Shown here: one piece after another, positions 9,175-18,555 of the stretch
Position numbering within the stretch: position 1 is the first letter of the stretch
Layout of the letters: every line of letters starts with the position of its first letter
Origin: Alistipes sp.
Lineage (GTDB): Bacteria; Bacteroidota; Bacteroidia; Bacteroidales; Rikenellaceae
Direction of reading: 5' to 3'
Length of the DNA stretch: 64,000 nt
Assembly (NCBI GenBank): GCA_029068505.1
Contig: JAIECN010000026.1
Span: 10,107 to 74,106, forward strand
Made by a program: the position numbers and the translations under genes
The notes under the pieces: model-generated
The model's input: only the letters and a program-made list of their open reading frames with translations
The model's database searches: none
What the model was told of the DNA's origin: nothing

Positions 9175-11589
9175 ATGGCATACAGGAAACATCGGGACGT
9201 CAGTCCCAAAACCATACGCTGGATATGGACGATCGCATTCGCGCCGTTCGCCCTGCTGGCCGTCATGCTCATACTCACCGCATTGGGCGTCTTCGGGCGC
9301 ATGCCCTCGTTCGAGGAGCTGGAGAATCCGCGCAGCAACCTGGCCACGGAAATCTATTCGGAGGACGGCAAGATCATCGGGTCGTTTTTCGTGCAGAACC
9401 GTTCCTACGTGCAGTATGCCGACCTCTTTCCCGACGACCCGGCCCAGCACATCACCCTGGGCGACCGCAAGGTGCCGCCCATCGTCGCGGCGCTTATCTC
9501 GACCGAGGACATCCGGTTCCGCAGCCACTCGGGCATCGACATCCCCTCGCTGGCACGCGTGGCGGTGAAGACCGTGGTGCTGCAAAACCTCTCGCAGGGC
9601 GGCGGTTCGACCATCACCCAGCAGTTGGCCAAGAACCTCTTTCCGCGCGACACGGCCCACAACCGCAGCCGTGTGGCCCGTACGGCCAAACTCGTGTCGT
9701 CCAAGTTCAAGGAGTGGATCACGGCTCTGAAACTCGAATACAACTACACCAAGGACGAGATCGCCGCCATGTACCTCAACACCGTGGAATACGGCTCCAA
9801 TGCTTTCGGCATCAAGTCGGCGGCCCACACTTTCTTCAACAAGGAGCCGCATGAGCTGAACGTGCAGGAAGCCGCCATGTTGGTGGGCGTGGTCAACGCT
9901 CCGACTTTCTATTCGCCCGTGCGCAATCCGAAACGGGCTTTGGCGCGCCGCAACCTCGTGCTTTCGCGCATGAAGGCCGCAGGTGCCTTGAGCCGCGCGC
10001 AGTACGATTCGATCGCCGCGCTGCCCATCGTGCTCAACTACAAGCCCGTGTCCCACAACGACGGCACGGCGACCTATTTCCGCGAGATGCTGCGCCTGGT
10101 GATGAACGCTTCGCGGCCGCGGCGCAGCCAGTTCTACAACCAGTGGGACTACGAGCAGGCCATCAAGGAGTACGACGAGAACCCGCTCTACGGCTGGTGC
10201 CACAAGAACCGCAAGGCCGACGGCACGCCCTACAACATCTACCGCGACGGTCTGAAGATCTATACGACCATCAACTCCACCATGCAGCGCTACGCCGAGC
10301 AGGCCGTGCAGAAGCAGCTCGAAACCGTGATCCAGCCGCAGATGGACGCCCAGTACAAGCGCACGCGGACGCTTTTCGTCGACGCCACGCACCAGGAGCG
10401 CGAGCGCATCATGCGCCACGCCGTGCGCTACTCCGACCGCTACCGCGAAATGATGAACGCCGGCGCCAGCCAGCGCGACATCGAGGCGGCTTTCGACCGG
10501 CCCTGCTCGATGAAGGTCTTCACGTTCAAGGGCGAGCGCGACACGCTCATGACACCGCGCGATTCGATTCTCCACCACAAGCGCATCATGCGCGCCGCAT
10601 TCGTGGCGCTCGATCCCCGCACCGGGTTCGTCAAGGCCTATGTCGGCGGGCCGAGTTTCCGCTACTTCAAGTACGACATGGCCAAGCAGGGCAAACGTCA
10701 GATCGGCTCGACCATCAAGCCGTTCGTCTATACGTTCGCCATCGGTCACCTGGGACTCAACCCCTGCACGCCGGTGCCCAACCTCCCCGTGACGATCGAA
10801 ACGGCCAACGGCACGGCCTGGTCGCCCAAGGAGGCGGGCAGGGTCGAGCAGGCCGGGGAGCTGCATCCGCTCTCGTGGGGCTTGGCGCGCAGCCGCAACA
10901 ATTATTCGGCCTGGATCATGAAGCAGGCCAAGGAACCTGCCGCCGTGGCCGACTTCATCCACAACATGGGCATCCGCAGCTACATCGACCCCGTGCCGGC
11001 CTTGTGTCTGGGCACTTCGGAGTCGAACGTCTTCGAGTTGGCGAGCGCCTTTTCCACCTTCGCCAACCAGGGCGTGCATAACGACCCCATCTTCGTGACC
11101 CGCATCGAAGACCGCCAGGGCAACCTCATCGCCTCGTTCATCCCCCAGTCGCAGGACGCCATCAACGAACGCACCGCCTACACGATGCTTTCGATGCTGC
11201 GCGGCGTGGTGCTGGGCGGTACGGCCGCCCGGCTGAAGTGGGACTACGGATTCAGCGACGTGGAGATCGGCGGCAAGACCGGCACCTCGAACAAGAACCG
11301 CGACGCCTGGTTCGTGGGCGTGGCGCCCCGTATCGTGGCGGGCGCCTGGGTCGGCGGCGAGGATCAGTCGGTGCACCTGCTCGCGCGCGGCGAGGGCAGC
11401 GTGGTGGCGCTGCCGATCGTGGGCGACTTCCTGCGGCAGGTCTACAACGACGGCACGCTGGGCATCTCGCGGCTCGACACCTTCGCCCGTCCTGCCTTGA
11501 TGCCGCGCTACGATTGCAGCTGGGTCAAGGAGGACGAGGAGCAGTTCGAAGCCAACGAAGAGGAGGAGGACGAACAATTTTTCGACTGA
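9175..11589 (+). CDS. mrcA: Class A penicillin-binding protein (PBP1A)
   Basis: Transglycosylase motifs EDIRF, GGSTITQQLAKNL, YLN; transpeptidase STIK, SRN, KTGT. Confidence 0.93.
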   Translation: MAYRKHRDVSPKTIRWIWTIAFAPFALLAVMLILTALGVFGRMPSFEELENPRSNLATEIYSEDGKIIGSFFVQNRSYVQYADLFPDDPAQHITLGDRKVPPIVAALISTEDIRFRSHSGIDIPSLARVAVKTVVLQNLSQGGGSTITQQLAKNLFPRDTAHNRSRVARTAKLVSSKFKEWITALKLEYNYTKDEIAAMYLNTVEYGSNAFGIKSAAHTFFNKEPHELNVQEAAMLVGVVNAPTFYSPVRNPKRALARRNLVLSRMKAAGALSRAQYDSIAALPIVLNYKPVSHNDGTATYFREMLRLVMNASRPRRSQFYNQWDYEQAIKEYDENPLYGWCHKNRKADGTPYNIYRDGLKIYTTINSTMQRYAEQAVQKQLETVIQPQMDAQYKRTRTLFVDATHQERERIMRHAVRYSDRYREMMNAGASQRDIEAAFDRPCSMKVFTFKGERDTLMTPRDSILHHKRIMRAAFVALDPRTGFVKAYVGGPSFRYFKYDMAKQGKRQIGSTIKPFVYTFAIGHLGLNPCTPVPNLPVTIETANGTAWSPKEAGRVEQAGELHPLSWGLARSRNNYSAWIMKQAKEPAAVADFIHNMGIRSYIDPVPALCLGTSESNVFELASAFSTFANQGVHNDPIFVTRIEDRQGNLIASFIPQSQDAINERTAYTMLSMLRGVVLGGTAARLKWDYGFSDVEIGGKTGTSNKNRDAWFVGVAPRIVAGAWVGGEDQSVHLLARGEGSVVALPIVGDFLRQVYNDGTLGISRLDTFARPALMPRYDCSWVKEDEEQFEANEEEEDEQFFD

Positions 11590-11620
11590 CGCAAACTCAT
11601 AAGAACCGGAGGAAATAGCT

Positions 11621-12616
11621 ATGAAAATCGCAATCGTAGGGGCCAGCGGCGCCGTTGGCCAGGAGTTTCTGAAAATTCTCGAAGAACGGCCGCTGCCTAT
11701 CGACCGGCTCGTGCTGTTCGGCTCGGAGCGGAGCGCGGGCCGCACCTATAAGTTCCGCGGGCAAGAACTCACGGTCAAGTTGTTGCAGCACAACGACGAT
11801 TTCGAAGACATCGACTTCGCCCTGGTCTCGGCCGGCGCCGGCACCTCGCGCGAATTCGCCGAAACCATCACCCGGCACGGCACGGTGATGATCGACAATT
11901 CGAGCGCTTTCCGCATGGATGCCGACGTGCCGCTGGTGGTGCCCGAAGTCAACCCCGACGACGCCCGGCAGGCACCGCGGCGGATCATCGCCAACCCCAA
12001 CTGCACGACGATCCAGATGGTCGTGGCCTTGCAGGCCATCGAACGGCTGTCGCACATCCGCCGCGTCCGCGTGGCCTCCTACCAGTCGGCCAGCGGCGCC
12101 GGAGCCGCGGCGATGGCCGAACTCGAAAAACAACATGCTCAACTGTGCGCCGGCGAGGAACCCACGGTCGAGAAATTCACTTTCCAGCTCGCCTACAACG
12201 TCATTCCTCACATCGATGTCTTCACCGACAACGACTACACCAAGGAGGAGATGAAGATGTTCAACGAAACGCGCAAGATCATGCACTCCGACGTGGAGGT
12301 CTCGGCCACCTGCGTGCGCGTGCCGGTCATGCGCGCCCACTCGGAGAGCATCTGGGTCGAGACCGAACGCCCCCTCTCGGTCGAGGAGGCGCGCGCCGCA
12401 TTCGCCGCAGCGCCCGGCGTGGTGCTGATGGACGACCCGGCCAACAAGAAATACCCCATGCCGCTTTTCGTCGCCGGACACGATCCCGTCTACGTAGGCC
12501 GCATCCGCAAAGACTTGGCCTGCGACAACGGGCTGACGTTCTGGTGTGTGAGCGACCAGATCCGCAAAGGCGCCGCGCTCAACGCCGTACAGATTCTGGA
12601 AACCCTGATGAAATAA
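11621..12616 (+). CDS. asd: Aspartate-semialdehyde dehydrogenase
   Basis: [37 protein letters not shown]. Confidence 0.97.
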   Translation: MKIAIVGASGAVGQEFLKILEERPLPIDRLVLFGSERSAGRTYKFRGQELTVKLLQHNDDFEDIDFALVSAGAGTSREFAETITRHGTVMIDNSSAFRMDADVPLVVPEVNPDDARQAPRRIIANPNCTTIQMVVALQAIERLSHIRRVRVASYQSASGAGAAAMAELEKQHAQLCAGEEPTVEKFTFQLAYNVIPHIDVFTDNDYTKEEMKMFNETRKIMHSDVEVSATCVRVPVMRAHSESIWVETERPLSVEEARAAFAAAPGVVLMDDPANKKYPMPLFVAGHDPVYVGRIRKDLACDNGLTFWCVSDQIRKGAALNAVQILETLMK

Positions 12617-12681
12617 AAACCGCGTTGCAGGTTCCGACCGCGGGGCACTGCATTCCGGCACGATCCGCAACGTTTGTGTAC

Positions 12682-12720
12682 AACGAGACCGCACTTTCCA
12701 GAAGGTGCGGTCTCGTTTTT
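12682..12720. terminator. Intrinsic terminator between convergent asd and tnaA
   Basis: AACGAGACCGCAC-loop-GTGCGGTCTCGTT followed by a T-run. Confidence 0.85.
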
Positions 12721-12741
12721 ATACCAGGTCTATTCCCGATT

Positions 12742-14118
12742 TCATATTTTCTCCAATTCCACCGTAAAGTGGCGCAGGATCGGTGCTTCGAACGCGATCC
12801 GATAGCCGGAGGTGATTTCATGGCGCCGCTCGTAGATGTTGCGGCAGGCGGCTGCGATGACGCGGATGTGGTTGTCGGTGTAGACGCGGCGCGGAATGGC
12901 CAAACGCAGCAGTTCGAGCGCCGGATAGCGGTTTTCGTGCGTCTCGGGATCGCGGTCGGCAAGGATCGAACCGATCTCCACACCGCGGATGCCCGCTTCC
13001 AGATAAAGCTCCACGCCCAGCGTCTGGGCGATGAATTGTTCTTTAGGCAGGTTGGGCAGCACTTTCTTGGCATCGATGAAGATCGCGTGCCCGCCCGCCG
13101 GACGCTGGTAGGGCACCCCGTATTCGTCCAACAGATCGCCCAGCAGCTTCACCTGGCGGATGCGGGCGTCGAGTTGTTCGAATTCGGTATTCTCGTCGAG
13201 TCCCACCGCCAGCGCATCCATGTCGCGGCCCGACATGCCGCCGTAGGTGATGTAACCTTCATACATGATGTTGAACGACATGGCCTTGCGGAACAACTCC
13301 TCGGAGCGCATCGCCACGAAACCGCCCATGTTGACCACGCCGTCTTTTTTTGCCGAAATGGTCATCAGGTCGGCATAGGTGTAGATTTCGCGGACGATCT
13401 CCTTGACGGTCTTGTCGGCATAGCCCTCCTCGCGGGTCTTGATGAAGTAGGCGTTCTCGGCGAAGCGGGCCGAGTCGAGGAGCAGCGGCACTCCGTAGCG
13501 GCGGCACACTTCGGCCGTTTCGCGGATGTTGCGCATCGAAACGGGCTGCCCGCCGGCCGTGTTGTTGGTGATGGTGAGCACCACGCAGGGAATCTTCTCG
13601 CGGGGATTCTCGCGCAGAACGCGTTCGAGTTTGGCGACATCCATCTCGCCCTTGAACGGAATTTCGAGCTGCGTATCGGCCGCGGCGTCGATCGTACAGT
13701 CGACGGCATGACAGTGCCGGAACTCGATATGCCCCTTGGTGGTGTCGAAATGGGAGTTGCCCGGCACGATGTCGCCCTCCTTCAAAAGGGCCGAGAAGAT
13801 GACGTTCTCCGCAGCGCGCCCCTGGTGCGTGGGCAGGAACCACGGCATCCCGAAGATGCGCTCGACGCACTCCTTGAGCCGGAAGTAGGACGAAGCGCCG
13901 GCATAGCTCTCGTCGCCGGTCATCATGGCGGCCCACTGGCGGTCGCTCATCGAGCCGGTGCCCGAATCGGTCAGCAGGTCGATGGTCACCTGGTCGCTGC
14001 GCAGCTTGAACAGATTGTAATGCGCCTGGCGGATCCATGCTTCGCGCTCCTGGCGCGTGGAGGTGCGGATGGCTTCGGTCATCTTGATGCGGTAAGGCTC
14101 GGCATAGGGTAGTTTCAT
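12742..14118 (-). CDS. tnaA: Tryptophanase
   Basis: [11 protein letters not shown]-lysine motif SAKKD; GVEIGS and LRHFT match tryptophanase rather than tyrosine phenol-lyase (MERG, LRFFT). Confidence 0.9.
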   Translation of the reverse strand: MKLPYAEPYRIKMTEAIRTSTRQEREAWIRQAHYNLFKLRSDQVTIDLLTDSGTGSMSDRQWAAMMTGDESYAGASSYFRLKECVERIFGMPWFLPTHQGRAAENVIFSALLKEGDIVPGNSHFDTTKGHIEFRHCHAVDCTIDAAADTQLEIPFKGEMDVAKLERVLRENPREKIPCVVLTITNNTAGGQPVSMRNIRETAEVCRRYGVPLLLDSARFAENAYFIKTREEGYADKTVKEIVREIYTYADLMTISAKKDGVVNMGGFVAMRSEELFRKAMSFNIMYEGYITYGGMSGRDMDALAVGLDENTEFEQLDARIRQVKLLGDLLDEYGVPYQRPAGGHAIFIDAKKVLPNLPKEQFIAQTLGVELYLEAGIRGVEIGSILADRDPETHENRYPALELLRLAIPRRVYTDNHIRVIAAACRNIYERRHEITSGYRIAFEAPILRHFTVELEKI

Positions 14119-14221
14119 GACGAAAAGTTTTTTAGGTTCGGTCGGTCGTAAGGTTTTCGAGGACAGAGCAAGCCCAGCGCAGCAATCCGTTCGGATCGGC
14201 CGGACGCAGCCTGTCTTTTTC

Positions 14222-14229
14222 CAAATTTA
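14222..14229 (-). promoter_or_regulatory. -7 promoter element (TAAATTTG) for tnaA
   Basis: TAnnTTTG match about 100 nt upstream of the tnaA start. Confidence 0.55.
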
Positions 14230-14305
14230 CGAATATTTTTTCGGAAATCCGATTCGGGCACTTTATTTGTTCGGCAGCTTTTCGAACCTTAACCAATTTA
14301 TCGCC

Positions 14306-14467
14306 ATGAAAAAATATCGTTGCACTGTCTGCGAATACATTTATGATCCCGAGATCGGCGATCCCGACAACGGCATCGCTCCCGGCACTCCGTTCGAGGA
14401 ACTGCCCGACGGCTGGATCTGCCCCGTCTGCGGAGAACCGAAAGATGTTTTCGAACCGATAGACTGA
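14306..14467 (+). CDS. Rubredoxin
   Basis: 53 aa [15 protein letters not shown]...WICPVCG with two CxxC motifs; true start ATG 14306. Confidence 0.95.
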   Translation: MKKYRCTVCEYIYDPEIGDPDNGIAPGTPFEELPDGWICPVCGEPKDVFEPID

Positions 14468-14472
14468 AACCG

Positions 14473-15120
14473 ATGAATCCTTTGATCTTACCTCTTTTTA
14501 CTTTGTTGTTTATGCACACCGATACCGCCACCGCCACGCGTTTCGAGCCGCGCGACCTTCCCTACGCCTACGACGCGCTGGCTCTGCACATCTCTGAGGA
14601 GACGCTGCACTACCACCACGACAAGCACTATGTCGGATATGTCGACAAACTCAACGAACTGCTCGTCGACTCGCCCTATGCCGGACAGCCGCTCGAAGAC
14701 ATCGTACTGACGGCCGACGGCGCCGTCTACAACAATGCGGCGCAAGCCTGGAACCACGAATTCTACTTCGATCAACTCTCGCCCAAGCCGCAGCAGGCAC
14801 CCCGAGGCGCCCTGCTCGAAGCCATCGACCGCAGCTTCGGGTCGTTCGACGAGATGAAGGCGCAGATGGGCCGCGCCGCCGTCGGGCTATTCGGCTCGGG
14901 CTGGGTATGGCTGGCCGCGAAGCCCTCGGGCGAACTGGCGATCGTCAGCACGCCGAATGCGGGCAACCCGCTGCGCGAGGGGCTGAAACCGCTCATGTGC
15001 ATCGATGTATGGGAACATGCCTACTATGTCGACTACCGCAACCGCCGCGCCGACGCCGTAACTGCGCTGTGGAACTGCGTCGACTGGGAAACCGTCGCCG
15101 AACGCTACGCCGCGAAATAA
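14473..15120 (+). CDS. sodB: Superoxide dismutase, Fe/Mn family (Fe-type signature)
   Basis: HHDKH, NNAAQAWNH, FGSGWVWL, DVWEHAYY. Confidence 0.93.
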   Translation: MNPLILPLFTLLFMHTDTATATRFEPRDLPYAYDALALHISEETLHYHHDKHYVGYVDKLNELLVDSPYAGQPLEDIVLTADGAVYNNAAQAWNHEFYFDQLSPKPQQAPRGALLEAIDRSFGSFDEMKAQMGRAAVGLFGSGWVWLAAKPSGELAIVSTPNAGNPLREGLKPLMCIDVWEHAYYVDYRNRRADAVTALWNCVDWETVAERYAAK

Positions 15121-15152
15121 CAGCGTCCGAACGCAGACCTCCGGCCCGACCG

Positions 15153-15182
15153 AAAACCGCTTCCGAAAGGAGCGGTTTTTTT
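15153..15182 (+). terminator. Intrinsic terminator after SOD
   Basis: AAAACCGCTTCC-GAAA-GGAGCGGTTTTTTT. Confidence 0.9.
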
Positions 15183-15228
15183 ACTTGCCCGAGACCTTCT
15201 ATCGCTTGCTTTTGCCCTCGCTTATTCG

Positions 15229-15236
15229 TATCTTTG
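15229..15236 (+). promoter_or_regulatory. -7 promoter element TATCTTTG
   Basis: Consensus match about 20 nt before ATG 15256. Confidence 0.6.
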
Positions 15237-15255
15237 TCGTCGAATTTCCCGCAAC

Positions 15256-16815
15256 ATGCTGCCCGAACTTAAAAAAATCCTTTGCAGTCGCCAAGGAATC
15301 CTTGTCGCCGGTTCGCTGCTGACCTTGCTCTACGCATGGTTCAGCCATGGCTACTACCACCACGACGAGCACTACCAGATTTTGGAATACGCCCACATGA
15401 AGTTGTTCGGAGTGCCGACGATCGACCACCTGGCATGGGAATACCCTCTGATGATGCGCTCGGGCGTGCAGCCCGCGATCGTGTGGTGTCTGGGGCGGAT
15501 GTTGCTGGCGCTCGACATCTATTCGCCTTACCTGCTGCTTTTTTTGCTCCAGTTTTTCAGCGGCGCTTGTTCGGTCGGCGCGCTCGTGCTTTTCGGCCAG
15601 GTCGTGCGCCGCGAAACGGGCGATGAAAAACAAGAACGCATCTTCCTGGCACTCGGACTTTTCCTTTGGTTCCTGGCTTACATGCACGTCCATTTCAGCG
15701 CCGAAATGCTGGCCGGCAACCTGTTGTTGTTGCTTGCCGGGCTTACGTTGCGCTATGCCGCGACCGACGGACAGCATGAATTCCGCTGGGGGCTGTTGTT
15801 GGGAACGCTTGCGGGAGCTACGTTCATCGTCCGCTATCAGACCGGATTCGCTCTGTTGGGATACGGTCTGTGGCTGCTGGTTTTTCGGCGCCGCTTGCGA
15901 CTCTACGCCGGCATGGTGCCGGGCGTATGCTGTATGTTGTTGCTCGGGGTTTTGGTCGACCGGTGGTTTTATGGGCAATGGACGCTGACGCCGCTCAATT
16001 ACCTGCGCGAAAACATCTTCCACGGCCACATGCTCAAATTCGGCGTCCGGCCGTGGTGGTACTACTTCACCGCTTCGCTGACCGAGGGAGGCATCCTTTT
16101 CGGACTGTTGGTTTGGGCAGCCATGCTGCGTTTCTTCTGGAAATACCGGACGCATGCGGTCACCTGGATGCTGGTGCCGTTTCTTTTGGTGCATTTTTTC
16201 CTGGGACACAAGGAGGTGCGGTTCTTCTTCCCCGCATTCTTCTTTGCACCCTATTTCATCACGCTGTTCTGGCAAGAACTGCGGCAGACCCCCTCCCTCC
16301 GGCTACGACAATGGCTCGCGGGCCTCATGCTGGCATTCAACACCGGGGCGATCCTCTTCGTGCTGGTTCAAGACCCTGCCGAGATCTATTTCTACCGTAT
16401 GATGGATCGCTATTGCGAAGAAAAAGGGGAAGTCGTGGCACTGAATCTCGCCGACGAAAAGAACTATTACAGCTGGCCGCAATATGTAATCGACACCCGA
16501 GTGATCGAAACTCGGTTCTACATGCCCGAAAACCTCGACAACCTGCATTTCGACACTGCCGAAACACTCGAAGAGACGGCACGCGTGTTGGCTGCGGCAG
16601 AACGTTGCGTCGTGATCCTCTCGGCCGATCCCGAACTGGCGGAAAAAAGCGGCCTGCCGCTCCGCAAGATCGTATGGAGTCCCTATCCGGAATGGGTGGT
16701 GCGCTATTGCAATTTCAATGATTGGACCCGTTACAGCGTTCGTTCGAAGAATGTCTACGAAGTTTTGGCGGACGCAGAGGTCGCCCGAAAAGATTCGGAA
16801 CCGATCGATCTTTGA
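15256..16815 (+). CDS. GT-C fold membrane glycosyltransferase, GT22 (ALG9/PIG-B-like)
   Basis: Polytopic; first-loop DEHYQILEYAH...WEY...RS, RPWWYY and HKEVRF motifs characteristic of GT22. Confidence 0.78.
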   Translation: MLPELKKILCSRQGILVAGSLLTLLYAWFSHGYYHHDEHYQILEYAHMKLFGVPTIDHLAWEYPLMMRSGVQPAIVWCLGRMLLALDIYSPYLLLFLLQFFSGACSVGALVLFGQVVRRETGDEKQERIFLALGLFLWFLAYMHVHFSAEMLAGNLLLLLAGLTLRYAATDGQHEFRWGLLLGTLAGATFIVRYQTGFALLGYGLWLLVFRRRLRLYAGMVPGVCCMLLLGVLVDRWFYGQWTLTPLNYLRENIFHGHMLKFGVRPWWYYFTASLTEGGILFGLLVWAAMLRFFWKYRTHAVTWMLVPFLLVHFFLGHKEVRFFFPAFFFAPYFITLFWQELRQTPSLRLRQWLAGLMLAFNTGAILFVLVQDPAEIYFYRMMDRYCEEKGEVVALNLADEKNYYSWPQYVIDTRVIETRFYMPENLDNLHFDTAETLEETARVLAAAERCVVILSADPELAEKSGLPLRKIVWSPYPEWVVRYCNFNDWTRYSVRSKNVYEVLADAEVARKDSEPIDL

Positions 16816-17005
16816 GGCCCGGCGGTCGGTCGTCCGATCGTTTCCCCGGAAACATTTTTTGTTGGATTTCTCTCTTGCCGGCCACCCCTTTCCGGCTCTC
16901 TCTTTTGGGGCTTGGCCCGTCCTTTTCCTGCTTTGATCCCGATTTCAGGCACAAAAGTGTCGCGAAATGGTGTTTCCGGCGATTTTGTAGCCGTTGATCC
17001 CCGTT

Positions 17006-17020
17006 TGGCACGGGCTTTGT
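17006..17020 (+). promoter_or_regulatory. Sigma54-type -24/-12 promoter
   Basis: TGGCAC-GGGCT-TTGT versus consensus TGGCAC-N5-TTGC; exact spacing, one mismatch. Confidence 0.6.
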
Positions 17021-17031
17021 TATTTGTTATG

Positions 17032-17152
17032 TCAACTGCGGATCAGCAACCGCAGTGAGGTTTCTTCATTTATTTAAGTTTGGGTTAGTAGTTTTAGGAG
17101 GGCAACCTCCGGGGGCAGCAGGCAATCGTGAGATTCCCTGCTGTTTTTCTTT
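17032..17152 (+). ncRNA. Candidate ~120-nt small RNA
   Basis: Follows the sigma54-like promoter; 5' hairpin, U-rich single-stranded core, GCAA-loop hairpin, then terminator with U-tract; no credible ORF. Confidence 0.55.
17115..17152 (+). terminator. Intrinsic terminator
   Basis: GCAGCAGG-c-AATC-GTGA-GATT-c-CCTGCTGT then TTTTCTTT on the plus strand. Confidence 0.8.
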
Positions 17153-17166
17153 GCGGCGGCCCGGTC

Positions 17167-18555
17167 TTATTTTGTCGGTTGTTGCCAGCCGCCGCCGAGT
17201 GCCTTGTAGAGCTGTACCAAAGCGAGATTCTCGTCGCGTACGGCGTTGCTCAAACCGATTTGGGCATCGAAGTAGCGACGTTGGGCGTCCAGCACGTCGA
17301 TGTAGTTGATGCTGCCGGTGCGATATTGCAGTTCGGCCAGTTCGACATACTTGCGGGCCGCATTGCGCGAGTGGGTCTTCAGCACCGTGGTCTGGCGGAC
17401 GTTGCGGTAGGTCGACACCGCGTCGTCGGTCTCTTTGAATGCCTCCAGAACCTTTTGTTCATAACCGAAACGGCTTTGCTCGTAGGCAGCCAGGGCGGCC
17501 TTGTAACGCGCTTTCTTGCGTCCGAATCCGAACAGCGGTGCTGCGAGCTGGCCCGCAACATAGGAAAACGGCGAGCGGAAGAACCCTTTCAGCGCGTCGT
17601 TCTCCCATCCGCCCTGCAAGGTGAAGGTCAGCCGCGGAAACCGGTCGGCATAGGCCACGCCGACCGCACCCATAGCCGCACGGAGTTGCTGTTCGGCTGC
17701 CCGTATGTCGGGGCGGCGTTGCAGCAGCTGCGACGGAAGTCCCACGGGCAGCGAGTCGGGAGCCAGTGCGATCGCATCGGTCCCATTGCGGAGAATCTTC
17801 TCTCCGGGATAAGTTCCCATCAGCAGGCATAGTGCGTTTTCCGTAATTTCGATGCGGTTTTCCAGATCGGGGATGAGCGTCGCCGTGGTGGCATACTCCA
17901 CCTGCGCTTGTTGGTAGACGATTTCGGAGGTCAGGCCTCCTTCGAAACGCAGTTTCGCTTTGGCGGCTCCCTCGCGGCGCGTCTCCAGCGTGCGGCGTAC
18001 GATGGAGAGTTCGTTGTCCAGAGCGACAAGGCGGAAATAGGCGGCAGCCGCTTCGGCGATGAGCGTCATCCGCATGGCGCGTTCGTCTTCCACCGAGGCC
18101 AGCCATTCGGCTTCGCCCTTGCGTTTGGCCCAGCGCAGGTTGCCCCACAGGTCGAGTTCCCAGCTGAGGGTTGCCTTCAGTCCGAATTCCGGGTCGCGTA
18201 CGGGCGTTTCTCCGGCGTAGTCGTTGGTTTCGTGGTCGGCCAGTGCGTTGAGGCCCAGGTTCGGCAGGCGGTCGGCTTTCCGGATGCGGTACAGTTCGCG
18301 CATTTGTTCGATGCGTGCGGTGGCAGCACGGATGTTGCGGTTGCTTTCGAGCGTGCGGCGGATGATGCCGCACAAGGTGCTGTCGCCATAGAACCGCCAC
18401 CATTCCACGTCGGACAGGGTGAGCGTGTCGACAGCCCCGGGAACGATGGACTCCGGGAGGTTTAGCTCGGGAGCCTGGCAGTGGCGCACGGCCGAGCAAG
18501 CGTAGAAAAGCGGCGCGGCGAGTGCTGCGAAGATGATCGAACGTATCTGTTTCAT
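17167..18555 (-). CDS. Outer-membrane efflux lipoprotein (TolC/NodT/OprM family)
   Basis: True start MKQIRSIIF at 18555 with lipobox FYAC; WELDLWG, LLQRRPDIRAAE, LYKALGGGW. Confidence 0.93.
   Translation of the reverse strand: MKQIRSIIFAALAAPLFYACSAVRHCQAPELNLPESIVPGAVDTLTLSDVEWWRFYGDSTLCGIIRRTLESNRNIRAATARIEQMRELYRIRKADRLPNLGLNALADHETNDYAGETPVRDPEFGLKATLSWELDLWGNLRWAKRKGEAEWLASVEDERAMRMTLIAEAAAAYFRLVALDNELSIVRRTLETRREGAAKAKLRFEGGLTSEIVYQQAQVEYATTATLIPDLENRIEITENALCLLMGTYPGEKILRNGTDAIALAPDSLPVGLPSQLLQRRPDIRAAEQQLRAAMGAVGVAYADRFPRLTFTLQGGWENDALKGFFRSPFSYVAGQLAAPLFGFGRKKARYKAALAAYEQSRFGYEQKVLEAFKETDDAVSTYRNVRQTTVLKTHSRNAARKYVELAELQYRTGSINYIDVLDAQRRYFDAQIGLSNAVRDENLALVQLYKALGGGWQQPTK

Noticed and set aside
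12742-14118. Tyrosine phenol-lyase assignment
   Set aside because: SAKKD, VEIG and LRHFT residues favour tryptophanase.
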